Below are positions 34,614 through 43,608 of a stretch of 64,000 nt of DNA, piece after piece. The stretch is from Thermoleophilaceae bacterium (GTDB taxonomy: Bacteria; Actinomycetota; Thermoleophilia; Solirubrobacterales; Thermoleophilaceae), in NCBI GenBank assembly GCA_036519295.1, contig DATDLN010000046.1, positions 606 to 64,605 on the forward strand, in the 5' to 3' direction. The notes under the pieces are model-generated. The model was not told where the DNA came from. It was given only the letters and a program-made list of their open reading frames with translations, and ran no database searches. The translations under genes were made by a program, and so were the position numbers. The number at the start of each line of letters is the position of its first letter. Position 1 is the first letter of the stretch.

Positions 34614-37109
34614 ATGAAGCGACGCCGCCTCGGCTCGCGCTCCAAGCGCTACAAGCGCCGCCTGCCGGGGGTTCTCGGCTGGTCCTTCGCGGTGCTGGTG
34701 GGAGTCGCGGCGCTCGGCACCGTGGCTTACCTCCACGGCAACCAGCCCGCCACGGACGAGAAGCTTCTGAGCTCGCTGCATACCACGCTGGCCGAGCCGG
34801 CGGTGGCCGCGCTCGCGGGGTTCGCGGCCGCACTCATCGTCGCCTGTGGCGTCCGCCACCTGATCCTCGACTATCTCGCCTGGCGGCCCGGTCCCATCCT
34901 GGCTGAGGAGTTCGCCGCGAGTCCCGACGTGGAGGGGGCCGACGTCAAGCGGCTGACGGCGGACTTCCGCGATCGCCTCGCCTTCTCGCACCTCCAATCG
35001 GCGGCGCCGGTCCCGGCCCCCGCCCAGCAGGGCAACTTCCTCGACCTGCTCACGGCGAACGGAGCGGGCGGAGGCAGCATGCTCGGGAGCCTGCTGGCCG
35101 TTCTGCGAGCGGCGGTGCCGGACCACGCCTACGAGGTCAAGGGGACGCTGGTCAGCCGCGCCGACCACCAGGGATGCGGCGTGACCGTCCACTTAGCCTG
35201 CGCTTACGGCCAGGCGGACCCCGGGCAGACCTTCTGGGACACCTCCTGGGATGCCGCCATCCGCCAAGCCGCCGACCACGCGACGGCCTACATCCTTCCG
35301 CGCACCCGGCTCTCTCGATCCCCGTGGTCGGGCTGGCGCGGCTTCGAGCTGCCCTCGACGCTGTTCCACAGCTACGAGCGTGCCGCGGAGCTCGAGCGCG
35401 AACGCCGCTACGACGAGGCGCTCGATCTCTATTACAAGGCGCTCGAGGCGGATCCCATGAACCTCGGGCTGAGGCTCCAGATCGGCTTCCTGCAGGAGAA
35501 ACTCGCGCTGTTCCTCGACGCGCTCGCCACCCACGAGGGCATCTTCGAGGTGGCTCGTCCCGGGGAGCGCCCGGCCGTCTCGTCCGACCGTCCATCGGAC
35601 GTCCTGCTCACGCGCCGAGCCCGGCGCGACCGCCTCCGGCAGTTCTACCGCTTGCCCGCACGGCGCGATCGCGAGGCCGTCCTGCTCGTCGCCAAGTACC
35701 GGCGGGCGATCCTGCTCGGAGGGCAGGAGCTTCCACGACAATGGGCCATACGCCGGAGCGGGTCGCGGACGAATCGCCGCGACGTCCAGCGCCACCAGCT
35801 GCGCGACCGGCTGAGGCCGGCGTTGATGGACCTGCTCCCCCGCGAGGACGACCTGGACGCGGTACTCGCCCAGCCGGAGCAGAAGGGCACACCCGAGCTG
35901 CGCCGGCGGTTCGAGGAGCTGCTCGTGCGCACCGCTATCCAAGAGTTGTCGGAGCTACGGCGCCAGCTTCCACGGCACACGCCGCGGAGCGACGGTGAAC
36001 TTTCGAGGCAGGCCGTCGACCTGGCCGGTCTGTGGATGCAGGAGCGCCTCGCCCGGATCCTGGCCCAACCGATCCTCGCGGCCGATGAACTTGGCCGAAG
36101 CATCAGGAGGATCGAGGGACGGGCGCGCGGCTTCAGGCGCTGGCAGGAGCACTACAACGCCGCCTGCGTCTACGCGCTGCCGCTGCTCGACAGGGGGTCG
36201 ACGCGGGACAGGAGTGAGGTCGACGAGTTCTCGACCCTGGCGGTGGAGCGCCTGAAGAAGGCGATCGCCTGCGCCGACAGCAGTTACATCGCGAGCAGGC
36301 GCGACTGGCTCATCAGCGACGATCCGGACCTGGACGGCCTCAGACCGGAGCGGGCTTTCAAGAGCTTCGAGGCCATGTACTTCCCGGCGGCGGCGCGCAC
36401 GCCGAGGCGGCCACGGGATCTCCACAAGTGGGAGGTCTCGCGCTACACCATCGATCTTCTCGCCGCGACGGCCGAGCGCTGGGAGGAGGGCTGGCGCGCG
36501 CGCAAGGAGGGCCTCGAGTCCGATGTGGAGGTGACCACCCTCGCCGAGTGGCTTCGGGTCGAGGTTTCCGCCTGGAATCGCGTGCGAAAGGTCGCGATCA
36601 ACCATCGCCACTGGCAGAGTCGAATGGCCCTGGTGAAGGACATGCGCCGGTGGAGCATGCGCCATGGCCTGCGGCCGCTCGAGGTTCAGTTCCCGCGGTT
36701 CACCGAAGAGGACGCGTCGTGGCTCGACGAAGACCGTGAGAAGGCTCCGGACGTGAGCCGGATGGTGAAGGCGAACGGGAATCGGCTCGAGACCGTCGCC
36801 GACACGATCGAGCGTCACGACGGGCAGAGCGGCTCCTGCAGGCTCGTGGCCGACCTGGAGCGCTGGCAGTCCGAGCTCGTCCGGCTCGACGTCAGCGCCC
36901 AGACGCTTGGCCGCGGCGACGCCGCCCGCCTGTGCGAGTCACACGCCGTGCTCTGGCGGGCTCTGCAGGGCTACCTGCGGGGCGGCGACCAGAAGCTGGC
37001 GAAGGCGATCGAGGAGACCGAGCGGATGTGGATCGCCGTAACTCGGAGCTGGCGCGCGGATCTGCGGTCGAACGGGCACGACCCCGCGTCAGTCGAGCAC
37101 GCTCGCTAG
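34614..37109 (+). CDS. large orphan membrane-anchored alpha-helical protein with TPR-like segments (hypothetical)
   Basis: 831 aa. Basic N-terminus MKRRRLGSRSKRYKRR plus two TM helices (VLGWSFAVLVGVAALGTVAYL; ALAGFAAALIVACGV). TPR-like segments YERAAELERERRYDEALDLYYKALEADPMN and YNAACVYALPLL...DWLISDDPDLDGLRPERAF. I recognise no catalytic motif. Confidence 0.7.
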   Translation: MKRRRLGSRSKRYKRRLPGVLGWSFAVLVGVAALGTVAYLHGNQPATDEKLLSSLHTTLAEPAVAALAGFAAALIVACGVRHLILDYLAWRPGPILAEEFAASPDVEGADVKRLTADFRDRLAFSHLQSAAPVPAPAQQGNFLDLLTANGAGGGSMLGSLLAVLRAAVPDHAYEVKGTLVSRADHQGCGVTVHLACAYGQADPGQTFWDTSWDAAIRQAADHATAYILPRTRLSRSPWSGWRGFELPSTLFHSYERAAELERERRYDEALDLYYKALEADPMNLGLRLQIGFLQEKLALFLDALATHEGIFEVARPGERPAVSSDRPSDVLLTRRARRDRLRQFYRLPARRDREAVLLVAKYRRAILLGGQELPRQWAIRRSGSRTNRRDVQRHQLRDRLRPALMDLLPREDDLDAVLAQPEQKGTPELRRRFEELLVRTAIQELSELRRQLPRHTPRSDGELSRQAVDLAGLWMQERLARILAQPILAADELGRSIRRIEGRARGFRRWQEHYNAACVYALPLLDRGSTRDRSEVDEFSTLAVERLKKAIACADSSYIASRRDWLISDDPDLDGLRPERAFKSFEAMYFPAAARTPRRPRDLHKWEVSRYTIDLLAATAERWEEGWRARKEGLESDVEVTTLAEWLRVEVSAWNRVRKVAINHRHWQSRMALVKDMRRWSMRHGLRPLEVQFPRFTEEDASWLDEDREKAPDVSRMVKANGNRLETVADTIERHDGQSGSCRLVADLERWQSELVRLDVSAQTLGRGDAARLCESHAVLWRALQGYLRGGDQKLAKAIEETERMWIAVTRSWRADLRSNGHDPASVEHAR

Positions 37110-38276
37110 GACACCGATCAGTCGGTCGACGTCCTCCGAGGTGACGTGGAGGTGTGGCGCGATCCGCAGCGAGCCTCCACGCATCGCGACGAAGCAATTC
37201 GCGCCCGCGAGCGCGGGAAGCACGCGCTCGCGCGCCTCCATGGGCAGTTCCAGACCGAGGATGTGCGGCCCCCGCTGGTCGGGGGAGGGTGGGCTCAGCC
37301 CGAGGGCCGCCGCGCGCTCGGCAAGCGTGGCGGTGGTTTCGGCGAGGCTGGCCGCGATCCGCGGCACCCGCCACTCGAGCAGCTGCTCGATCGCCGCGAT
37401 CGCCATCGGCGTGAGGTGGAAGCTGGTGCGGGCGCCCATGTCGAACCGCCGCGCGCCCGGCTGGTACTCGTCGCTGTAGTCGTCGAGCCCCGTGAAGTCC
37501 TCCGCACCTACTCGCACGATCCAGTTCTCCTCGAGCGGCTCGCCGTCGCGGTGCTCCTCGGCGACGTAGAGGTAGGCGAGGCTGAACGGCGCCAGCAGCC
37601 ACTTGTAGCCGACCGTCACGAGGAAGTCCGGCCGCACCCGCTCCATGTCGAACGACATCACCCCGACCGACTGACAGGCATCGATCACCAGCCGGGCCCC
37701 CACCGCGTGCGTGCGGTCGGCCACGGCCTCGAGGTCCACCAGCGCCCCATCGGTGGTGTGGACCTGCGGGACGCTCACGACCCGGATGCGCTCGTCGAGC
37801 ACGGCGAGGATCGCGTCTGTCCAGGTCTGGCCCGGTTCCCGCCCCACCGTAACGATCTCGGCGCCGCTCTTCCGGGCTGCGGTGCGCCAGCTGTAGATCC
37901 CGGACGGGTACTCCCCGGCCAGCACGAGGATGCGATCTCCCGCGCGCAGGCGAAGGTTTCGCGCGGCGACCGCAAAGCCATAGCTCGTGGCCGTCACCAG
38001 CGCAACGCCCTCGGCGTCGGCGCCGATCAACTGTCCAAACAGCCCCCGCAGGCGCTCGACATCGCTGAACCAGTCCGGGCTCGAGATCGTCCAGGGACGA
38101 CCGCGGCGCTCGAGCGCCCGCTCACCGGCCTCCCGCACCCGACGCAGCTGCGGCGACAGGCTCGCAGTGTTGAAGTACGCGATCTCCGGCGGGACCTCGA
38201 ACGCCTCTCGCTGCGCACCCAGCGGGGCCTCGTCCAATTCTGCGCGGGCGCTCACGAGCCACAGCGTACGCGTCAC
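37089..38276 (-). CDS. class V aminotransferase-fold PLP-dependent enzyme
   Basis: 395 aa. YFNTASLSP..., VSVPQVHTTDGALVDL, LVIDACQSVG, FLVTVGYKWLLAP (PLP-Lys context). It converges on and overlaps the 831-aa ORF by 21 nt. Confidence 0.8.
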   Translation of the reverse strand: MTRTLWLVSARAELDEAPLGAQREAFEVPPEIAYFNTASLSPQLRRVREAGERALERRGRPWTISSPDWFSDVERLRGLFGQLIGADAEGVALVTATSYGFAVAARNLRLRAGDRILVLAGEYPSGIYSWRTAARKSGAEIVTVGREPGQTWTDAILAVLDERIRVVSVPQVHTTDGALVDLEAVADRTHAVGARLVIDACQSVGVMSFDMERVRPDFLVTVGYKWLLAPFSLAYLYVAEEHRDGEPLEENWIVRVGAEDFTGLDDYSDEYQPGARRFDMGARTSFHLTPMAIAAIEQLLEWRVPRIAASLAETTATLAERAAALGLSPPSPDQRGPHILGLELPMEARERVLPALAGANCFVAMRGGSLRIAPHLHVTSEDVDRLIGVLASVLD

Positions 38277-38288
38277 GCTGTCTGTGGT

Positions 38289-39045
38289 CTGAGCCTTCTG
38301 CCCGACTACTCACGCCAGGCCAAGCGGTACGACGAGACGCGCGCCGCCAGCCTGTCCGTGCTGCGACCGCTGCTCGAGGCGCTCGCTGGCGCGCCCGGGC
38401 CGCGCCTTGCCGACATCGGGCGGCGGAACCGGCAACTACGCGCTCGCCCTGAGGCGAGAGGGGTGGACGCCCGTGGTCGTGGACCGCTCCGTGGAGATGC
38501 TGGAGCGCGCTGCCGCGAAGGGGCTCGACACCGTGGAGGGGGACGCGCAGGAGCTGCCGTTCGAGGACGAGAGCTTCGACGCCGCGACGATGATCTCCAT
38601 GCTCCCACCACGTGGAGAATCGCGGTGCGGCGCTGGCCGAGCCCGGCGCATCCTGCGCCCCGGCGGCCGGCTCGTGCTCATGGGGTTCACCGGCGAGGAC
38701 GCCGCTTCGCTCTGGGTCCTCGACTACTTCCCGACCAGCCACCGGTGGATGCAGGCAACCCATCCGTCCCGCGCGTCGATCCTCGCGGAGCTGCCGGGCG
38801 CCCGCCTTGTCGAGTTCGAGTTCGAGGACATGGAAGACGCATCGCTGGCGCCACTGTCGGCAGATCCCGAGCGCGTGCTGAACGCCGCCAATAGTGGCGC
38901 GACCAGCTACTTCGAGCGGATGCAGCGCGACCACCCGAAGGAGCTCCGGGAGGGACTCGCGCGGCTGCGGAAGGACATCGCCGCGGGCCGCGCCCCTCAT
39001 CGAGCCGGCACCGCCACAGTACTGGGCTGGGCCAAGCCTCGCTGA
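38289..39045 (+). pseudogene. class I SAM-dependent methyltransferase with three short homopolymer indels
   Basis: The N-terminus is in the frame of ORF 37146..38894 (DYSRQAKRYDETRAASLSVLRPLLEALAGAPGPRLADIG). Motif I continues in ORF 38407..39045 (GGTGNYAL). The expected MLHHVENRGAALAE segment is readable only in the frame of ORF 38612..38881. The switches fall at GGG 38418..38420, CCC 38604..38606 and CCC 38642..38644. No canonical start for the N-terminal part. Confidence 0.6.
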
Positions 39046-39047
39046 CT

Positions 39048-39998
39048 TCAGCGACCGCCGCGGAGCGTCAGCCGAACCGGTGCGCTGCTCGACTCCATCT
39101 CCTGCGCATTCGTCGCGTCCGCCCACAGCGTCACGCGCACGCGGGCAGGGATCCAGTCGCCCGAGCAGCGTTCGCCGGTGAAGCGGAGCCGGACGGTGCG
39201 GCTCTCGACTCGGGGGAGGACCGCGCCGGGCGGGACCTTGGCGCGTGCGATCTGGGCGGGCGGAAAGTAGCGAAGGGTCAGCCGGGCGGTCCGCTCGCCG
39301 GTCAGAGTGTTCAGGCAGGAGCTCCGCTCGCGGATCGAGACGCGGGCACGGGCGGCGCCGCCGTTCGGGTCGTGGGTCATAGCCGTGACCCGGAGCGGCT
39401 CCCCGAGGCGCGCGGCTGCCCGTGCCGGCGGGCTTCGATTCGAGGTCTCGATCGCGCGCGCGCCTCCCGCACGCTCGACGCGCAGACGAGCTTCGGGGAC
39501 CGTCTCGTCGACGACCGGTACCTCCACGCGGCCGCGGCGGCGTTCCGACTCGGCCGGCGGCCGCCGGGCCGCCACCTGCCGCGGGGCGCGTACGATCCGC
39601 ACCTCGAGGGTCCAGGCCGCGTGGCCCGGCTTCGACCCCTTCAGCACGAACTGGTTGAGGCCGGGGCGCAGTCTCGTCACCCGCGCCGTGAAATCACCTG
39701 TCGGCTCCACATCGACGGCGCCCGGCCGGCCGGTCCGGTTGTTCACGATCGTGACCCTGCTGTCGGGCGGGTCCACGCGGCCGTCGAACGCGAACGATCC
39801 GCGCGAGGTCGAGCCCAGTGCCACGTCGGCGCCGTGGCCGCGGGCGGTGCCGGCATCGGGAGCACCGGCGCGTGGGCTCTTGAGCTCGGCCGATCCGGTC
39901 ACCGCCCGCGCCGCCCGGCGCTCGCCCTGCTCGTCGTCGCCCTCGCAGCCGGAGACGAGGAGCAGCGCAGCGAGCAGGATCGCAGTCCTTCGGATCAC
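39048..39998 (-). CDS. hypothetical lipoprotein
   Basis: GTG 39998. Signal and lipobox VIRRTAILLAALLLVSGC. The rest is beta-rich and Arg-rich with no recognisable motif. The upstream part of ORF 39048..40592 is the antisense shadow of the lysR-family gene. Confidence 0.55.
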   Translation of the reverse strand: MIRRTAILLAALLLVSGCEGDDEQGERRAARAVTGSAELKSPRAGAPDAGTARGHGADVALGSTSRGSFAFDGRVDPPDSRVTIVNNRTGRPGAVDVEPTGDFTARVTRLRPGLNQFVLKGSKPGHAAWTLEVRIVRAPRQVAARRPPAESERRRGRVEVPVVDETVPEARLRVERAGGARAIETSNRSPPARAAARLGEPLRVTAMTHDPNGGAARARVSIRERSSCLNTLTGERTARLTLRYFPPAQIARAKVPPGAVLPRVESRTVRLRFTGERCSGDWIPARVRVTLWADATNAQEMESSSAPVRLTLRGGR

Positions 39999-40070
39999 AG
40001 GCGCGGGACTGTAGGTCCGGGAGCCCACTCGGCGCAATTTCTCCTGACGGCACGGTAATAAGCTGCGTGC

Positions 40071-40979
40071 ATGAGTGGCGATCCGCGTCTTCTTCGCCCG
40101 TTCGTGGTGCTTGCCGACGAGCTCCACTTCGGTCGCGCCGCTGAGCGCCTCGACATCACGCAGCCGGCGCTGAGCCAGCAGATCAAGCGCCTCGAGCTGC
40201 AGCTCGGCGTGCGGCTCTTCGCGCGTACCAGGGCGCGCGTCGAGCTGACCGAGGCCGGCGAGGCCGTCCTGGCGCCGGCCCGCGTCGCCGTCGAGGCCGC
40301 CGAGACGATCGATGACCTGGCGCGCGGCTTCGGACGGGGCGAGGTGGGCGAGCTGCGCCTCGGGATCTCGCCGGGGGCACACTATGTTGCCCAGGCCCTG
40401 CTGGAGGAGTTCGCTCGCCGGCGTCCGCAGATCCGCGTGCGAGCCTCTCAGGACAACTCGGGAGCCCTGGCCGGGCAAATCGCCGCGGGACGGCTCGAGG
40501 TTGCGCTCGGTTTCTGCACGGCCCCGACCGTAGGGGTGCTTCGGGAGCCTCTCCTCGAGGAGCCCGCGGTCGTGGCCGTGGCCGCCGGGCATCGGCTCGC
40601 GAAGCGACGCGCGGTCACGCTCCGAGAGCTGTCGGAGGAGACCTTCGCGCTCGTCGACGGCCAGGACGGGCGCGGCTACAACCGGGCTGTCGTCTCGCTC
40701 CTCCGCCGGGCCGGCTTCGAGCCGCGCACCGTGCCCGACCCGCAGGGACCGATGGCCTGGGAGACGGCGGTGAGGGCGCAGGGCTGCGTCGGGCTGACCA
40801 CGCGCTCCGCGGCCGCGTCCACGGCCCGCGGCATCCGCCTGCTGCGGCTCGACCCGCCCACGACCTTCCAGCTCGAGTTATTGCAGCCCGCAGCGCCCGA
40901 GGACGCTCGCCGGCCCGCCGGGCGCGCGTTTGCCGAGCTGGCGCGCGAGCGGGCCGCTCAGCGATTACGGGGTCGATGA
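40071..40979 (+). CDS. LysR-family transcriptional regulator
   Basis: 302 aa. HFGRAAERLDITQPALSQQIKRLELQLGVRLF. The dyad GCACG-N11-CGTGC (40050..40070) abuts the ATG. Confidence 0.9.
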   Translation: MSGDPRLLRPFVVLADELHFGRAAERLDITQPALSQQIKRLELQLGVRLFARTRARVELTEAGEAVLAPARVAVEAAETIDDLARGFGRGEVGELRLGISPGAHYVAQALLEEFARRRPQIRVRASQDNSGALAGQIAAGRLEVALGFCTAPTVGVLREPLLEEPAVVAVAAGHRLAKRRAVTLRELSEETFALVDGQDGRGYNRAVVSLLRRAGFEPRTVPDPQGPMAWETAVRAQGCVGLTTRSAAASTARGIRLLRLDPPTTFQLELLQPAAPEDARRPAGRAFAELARERAAQRLRGR

Positions 40980-41008
40980 TTGAGTACCGCACACGCAAGG
41001 GAGGGCTG

Positions 41009-42124
41009 ATGCCGCGCACAGAACCGCCGTTCCGGGCCGACCACGTAGGGAGCCTTCTGCGCCCCGAGCGGCTTCTCGAGGCGCGAGAGGACTTCACCGC
41101 GAACCGCATCACGGCGGACGAGCTGAGAGCAATCGAGGACGACGCGGTCCGTGATGTGGTGCGAATGCAGGAGGAGGTCGGGCTCCAATCGGCGACCGAC
41201 GGCGAGTTCCGCCGGGCCACCTGGCACATGGACTTCATCTACGCGCTCGACGGCATCAGCAAGGTCGAGGGCGACATCGTCGTGCACTTCCACAACCCCA
41301 ACGGCGACCTCGATTTCAGACCCGCGGCGCTGAAGGTCGACGGCAAGCTCGGGGTGCACGAGCCGATCTTCGGCGAGCACTTCAAGTTTCTGAAGGACAC
41401 GGTGACCACCAATACACCGAAGCTCACCATTCCCTCGCCGAGCATGGTCCACTACCGCGGCGGGGCCGCGGCCATCGATCGCAACGTCTACCCCGACACC
41501 GAGGACTTCTGGCGCGACCTCACTGCCGCCTACGCGGAGCAGGTGCGGCTCGTGCACGAGCTCGGCTGCACCTACCTCCAGTTCGACGACACGAGCCTCG
41601 CCTACCTCAACGATGCAGAGCAGCGCAAGATGATGACCGAACGTGGAGAGGACGCCGAGAACCTGCACATCGCCTACATCCGGCACATCAACGAGGCGCT
41701 CGCGAACCGGCCCGTGAGGATGACCGTCACCACCCATATGTGCCGGGGCAACTTCCGCTCGTCCTGGGTGGCGGAGGGCGGCTACGACTTCGTCGCCGAG
41801 GCGCTCTTCAACGACCTCCGGGTCGACGGCTTCTTCCTCGAGTACGACGACGAGCGCTCGGGGGGCTTCGAGCCGCTTCGCTTCGTGCCGAAGGGGAAGA
41901 TGGTCGTGCTCGGCCTCGTCACGACCAAGCGCGGCGATCTCGAGGAGAAGGACGCCCTGAAGAGGCGGATCGAGGAGGCGAGCAGGTACGTGGACGTCGA
42001 TCAGCTCTGCCTATCGCCCCAGTGCGGATTCTCCTCGACCTCCGAGGGCAACCTCCTGACCTACGCCGACGAGGTGGCCAAGCTGCGACGGATCGTGGAG
42101 GTGGCCGAAGAGGTCTGGGGGTGA
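41009..42124 (+). CDS. cobalamin-independent methionine synthase (MetE C-terminal domain)-like family protein
   Basis: MPRTEPPFRADHVGSLLRPERLL...LQFDDTSLAYL...THMCRGNF...CLSPQCGFSS (Zn-ligand-type H/C/C positions). The ORF track start 40976 is an upstream alternative. Confidence 0.8.
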   Translation: MPRTEPPFRADHVGSLLRPERLLEAREDFTANRITADELRAIEDDAVRDVVRMQEEVGLQSATDGEFRRATWHMDFIYALDGISKVEGDIVVHFHNPNGDLDFRPAALKVDGKLGVHEPIFGEHFKFLKDTVTTNTPKLTIPSPSMVHYRGGAAAIDRNVYPDTEDFWRDLTAAYAEQVRLVHELGCTYLQFDDTSLAYLNDAEQRKMMTERGEDAENLHIAYIRHINEALANRPVRMTVTTHMCRGNFRSSWVAEGGYDFVAEALFNDLRVDGFFLEYDDERSGGFEPLRFVPKGKMVVLGLVTTKRGDLEEKDALKRRIEEASRYVDVDQLCLSPQCGFSSTSEGNLLTYADEVAKLRRIVEVAEEVWG

Positions 42125-42172
42125 GGCAGGGGCGCCCGGACGCCGCTGAAGGGGGGCGAATCTCGCGCGCTC

Positions 42173-42208
42173 GAAGGATTTGGGGGTCAAGGGGCCCCCA
42201 AATCCTTC
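42173..42208. terminator. perfect 14-bp stem hairpin GAAGGATTTGGGGG-N8-CCCCCAAATCCTTC
   Basis: Read directly, 49 nt after the metE-like stop. No U-tract. It could also be a remnant repeat at the edge of the decayed DUF559 gene. Confidence 0.45.
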
Positions 42209-42958
42209 AGTCGTCCGGCCGGCGGGCCTGGGCGCTCGCCACGAGGCAGCACGACGTCGTGGCGCGATGGCAGATCTGCGGTCCGGACGCCGCCCTAAGC
42301 CACGAGAGCGCCGCGGCGCTCCTAGAGATCCGCAGGGACGGAGGTGGCGTCATCGAGGTGTCGGTGCCCGCACACGTCTCGCGCCAGCCACGCGGCGTCG
42401 TCGTACATCGGCGGACGTTACGTGGGCCGTGGGAATCACGGTGCAGCAGGGCATCCCGATCACAGCCCCGTGTGCACGCTCGTCGCCTTCGCCACGCGAG
42501 TGGGCCTGGCTCAACTCGAGTCCGCGGTCAACGAGGCCGACAAGCGCGACCTGATCGACCCCGAGTCGCTGCGGTCCGCCCTCGAGAACCTGGCCGGGCG
42601 CCCGGGCGTGGCGATCCTGCGCGAGCTGCTGACCGGCGCACATTCAGACTTACCGACTCGGAGCTCGAACGCGAGTTCCTCTTGATAGTCCGCCGCGTGG
42701 GATTCCCGCCGCCTGAGACGCAACAGAAAGTGAACGGCTTACGTCGACTTCTACTGGCCCGATCTCGATCTCGTGGTGGAGACCGATGGACTGCGCTATC
42801 ACCGGACGCCGGCGCAGCAGGCGAGGGACCGTCTGCGTGATCAGACGTACCTCGCGGCGGGCATGACACCCCTGCGCTTCACTCACGCCCAAGTGCGTTT
42901 CGACCCCGACCACGTGCAAAGGATCCTTGCCTCGGTTGGCCGCCGGCTCGACACCTGA
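42200..42958 (+). pseudogene. DUF559/Vsr-like endonuclease-domain gene remnant with multiple frameshifts and an internal deletion
   Basis: Homologous pieces are spread over three frames. These are RQHDVVARWQICGPDAALSHESAAALLEIRR...IEVSVPAHVSRQPRGVVVHRR (frame of 41740..42840); PVCTLVAFATRVGLAQLESAVNEADKRDLIDPESLRSALENLAGRPGVAILRELL (42344..42685); RTFRLTDSELEREFLLIVRRVGFPPPETQQKVNG; and VETDGLRYHRTPAQQARDRLRDQTYLAAGMTPLRFTHAQV (42773..42958). Confidence 0.7.
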
Positions 42959-43583
42959 GCGGCTTGCCGAGGTCGTGCGGGCCCACGGTGTTCGCGACGA
43001 GCGCCTCCTCGCCGCGATCGCGGAGATACCCCGCGCCGCGTTCGTGCCGGCGGAGATGGAGGGCGGGGCCTACCGCGACGCCCCGATCCCGATTCCGCAC
43101 GACCAGGTGACCACCCAGCCGTCGCTCATCGCACAGATGGTGGAGGCGCTCGAGTTGACCGGGAGCGAGAAGGTCCTCGAGATCGGGACCGGGTACGGGT
43201 GGCAGACCGCGCTGCTGGCCCGGCTCGCGGGGACAGTTTTGAGCATCGAGCGGTGGCCCGATCTCCTCGACGCCGCTCGGGCCAACTTCGAGCGCGCCGG
43301 GATCACCGGCGCCGAGCTCGTCCTCGGCGACGGGAGCGAGGGCCTCCCGGACGAGGCGCCGTTCGATGCGGTGATCGTGGCCGCCGCCTTCACCAGCGTG
43401 CCGCCGCCGCTCGCCGACCAGGTCGTGGATGGTGGCCGCCTGGTGCAGCCGATCGGCCCCGGCGGCCGGGACGACGTGACGCTGTTCGAGAAGCGCACCG
43501 AGGGGCTGATGCCGGTCCGAACCATCGTTCCGGCGCATTTCGTGCAGCTTCGCGGGCGCTACGGCTACGGCGAAAAAGTCTGA
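42927..43583 (+). CDS. pcm: protein-L-isoaspartate O-methyltransferase
   Basis: 218 aa. PRAAFVP...IPIPHDQVTTQPSLIAQMVEAL...VLEIGTGYGWQTALLARL...FDAVIVAAA. Start uncertain. Confidence 0.85.
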   Translation: MPRLAAGSTPERLAEVVRAHGVRDERLLAAIAEIPRAAFVPAEMEGGAYRDAPIPIPHDQVTTQPSLIAQMVEALELTGSEKVLEIGTGYGWQTALLARLAGTVLSIERWPDLLDAARANFERAGITGAELVLGDGSEGLPDEAPFDAVIVAAAFTSVPPPLADQVVDGGRLVQPIGPGGRDDVTLFEKRTEGLMPVRTIVPAHFVQLRGRYGYGEKV

Positions 43584-43608
43584 CCTATGTCCCTAACATT
43601 CGCCGCGG

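Noticed and set aside
40050-40070. GCACG-N11-CGTGC dyad as a LysR T-N11-A autoregulatory box with a leaderless lysR transcript
   Set aside because: The arms are only 5 bp and such matches are expected by chance. The nearby -10-like hexamers (GGTAAT/TAATAA) fit poorly, so I kept it as a note in the feature evidence only.
39999-40592. N-terminal extension of ORF 39048..40592
   Set aside because: It overlaps the LysR gene on the opposite strand. The lipoprotein signal peptide at GTG 39998 marks the real start.
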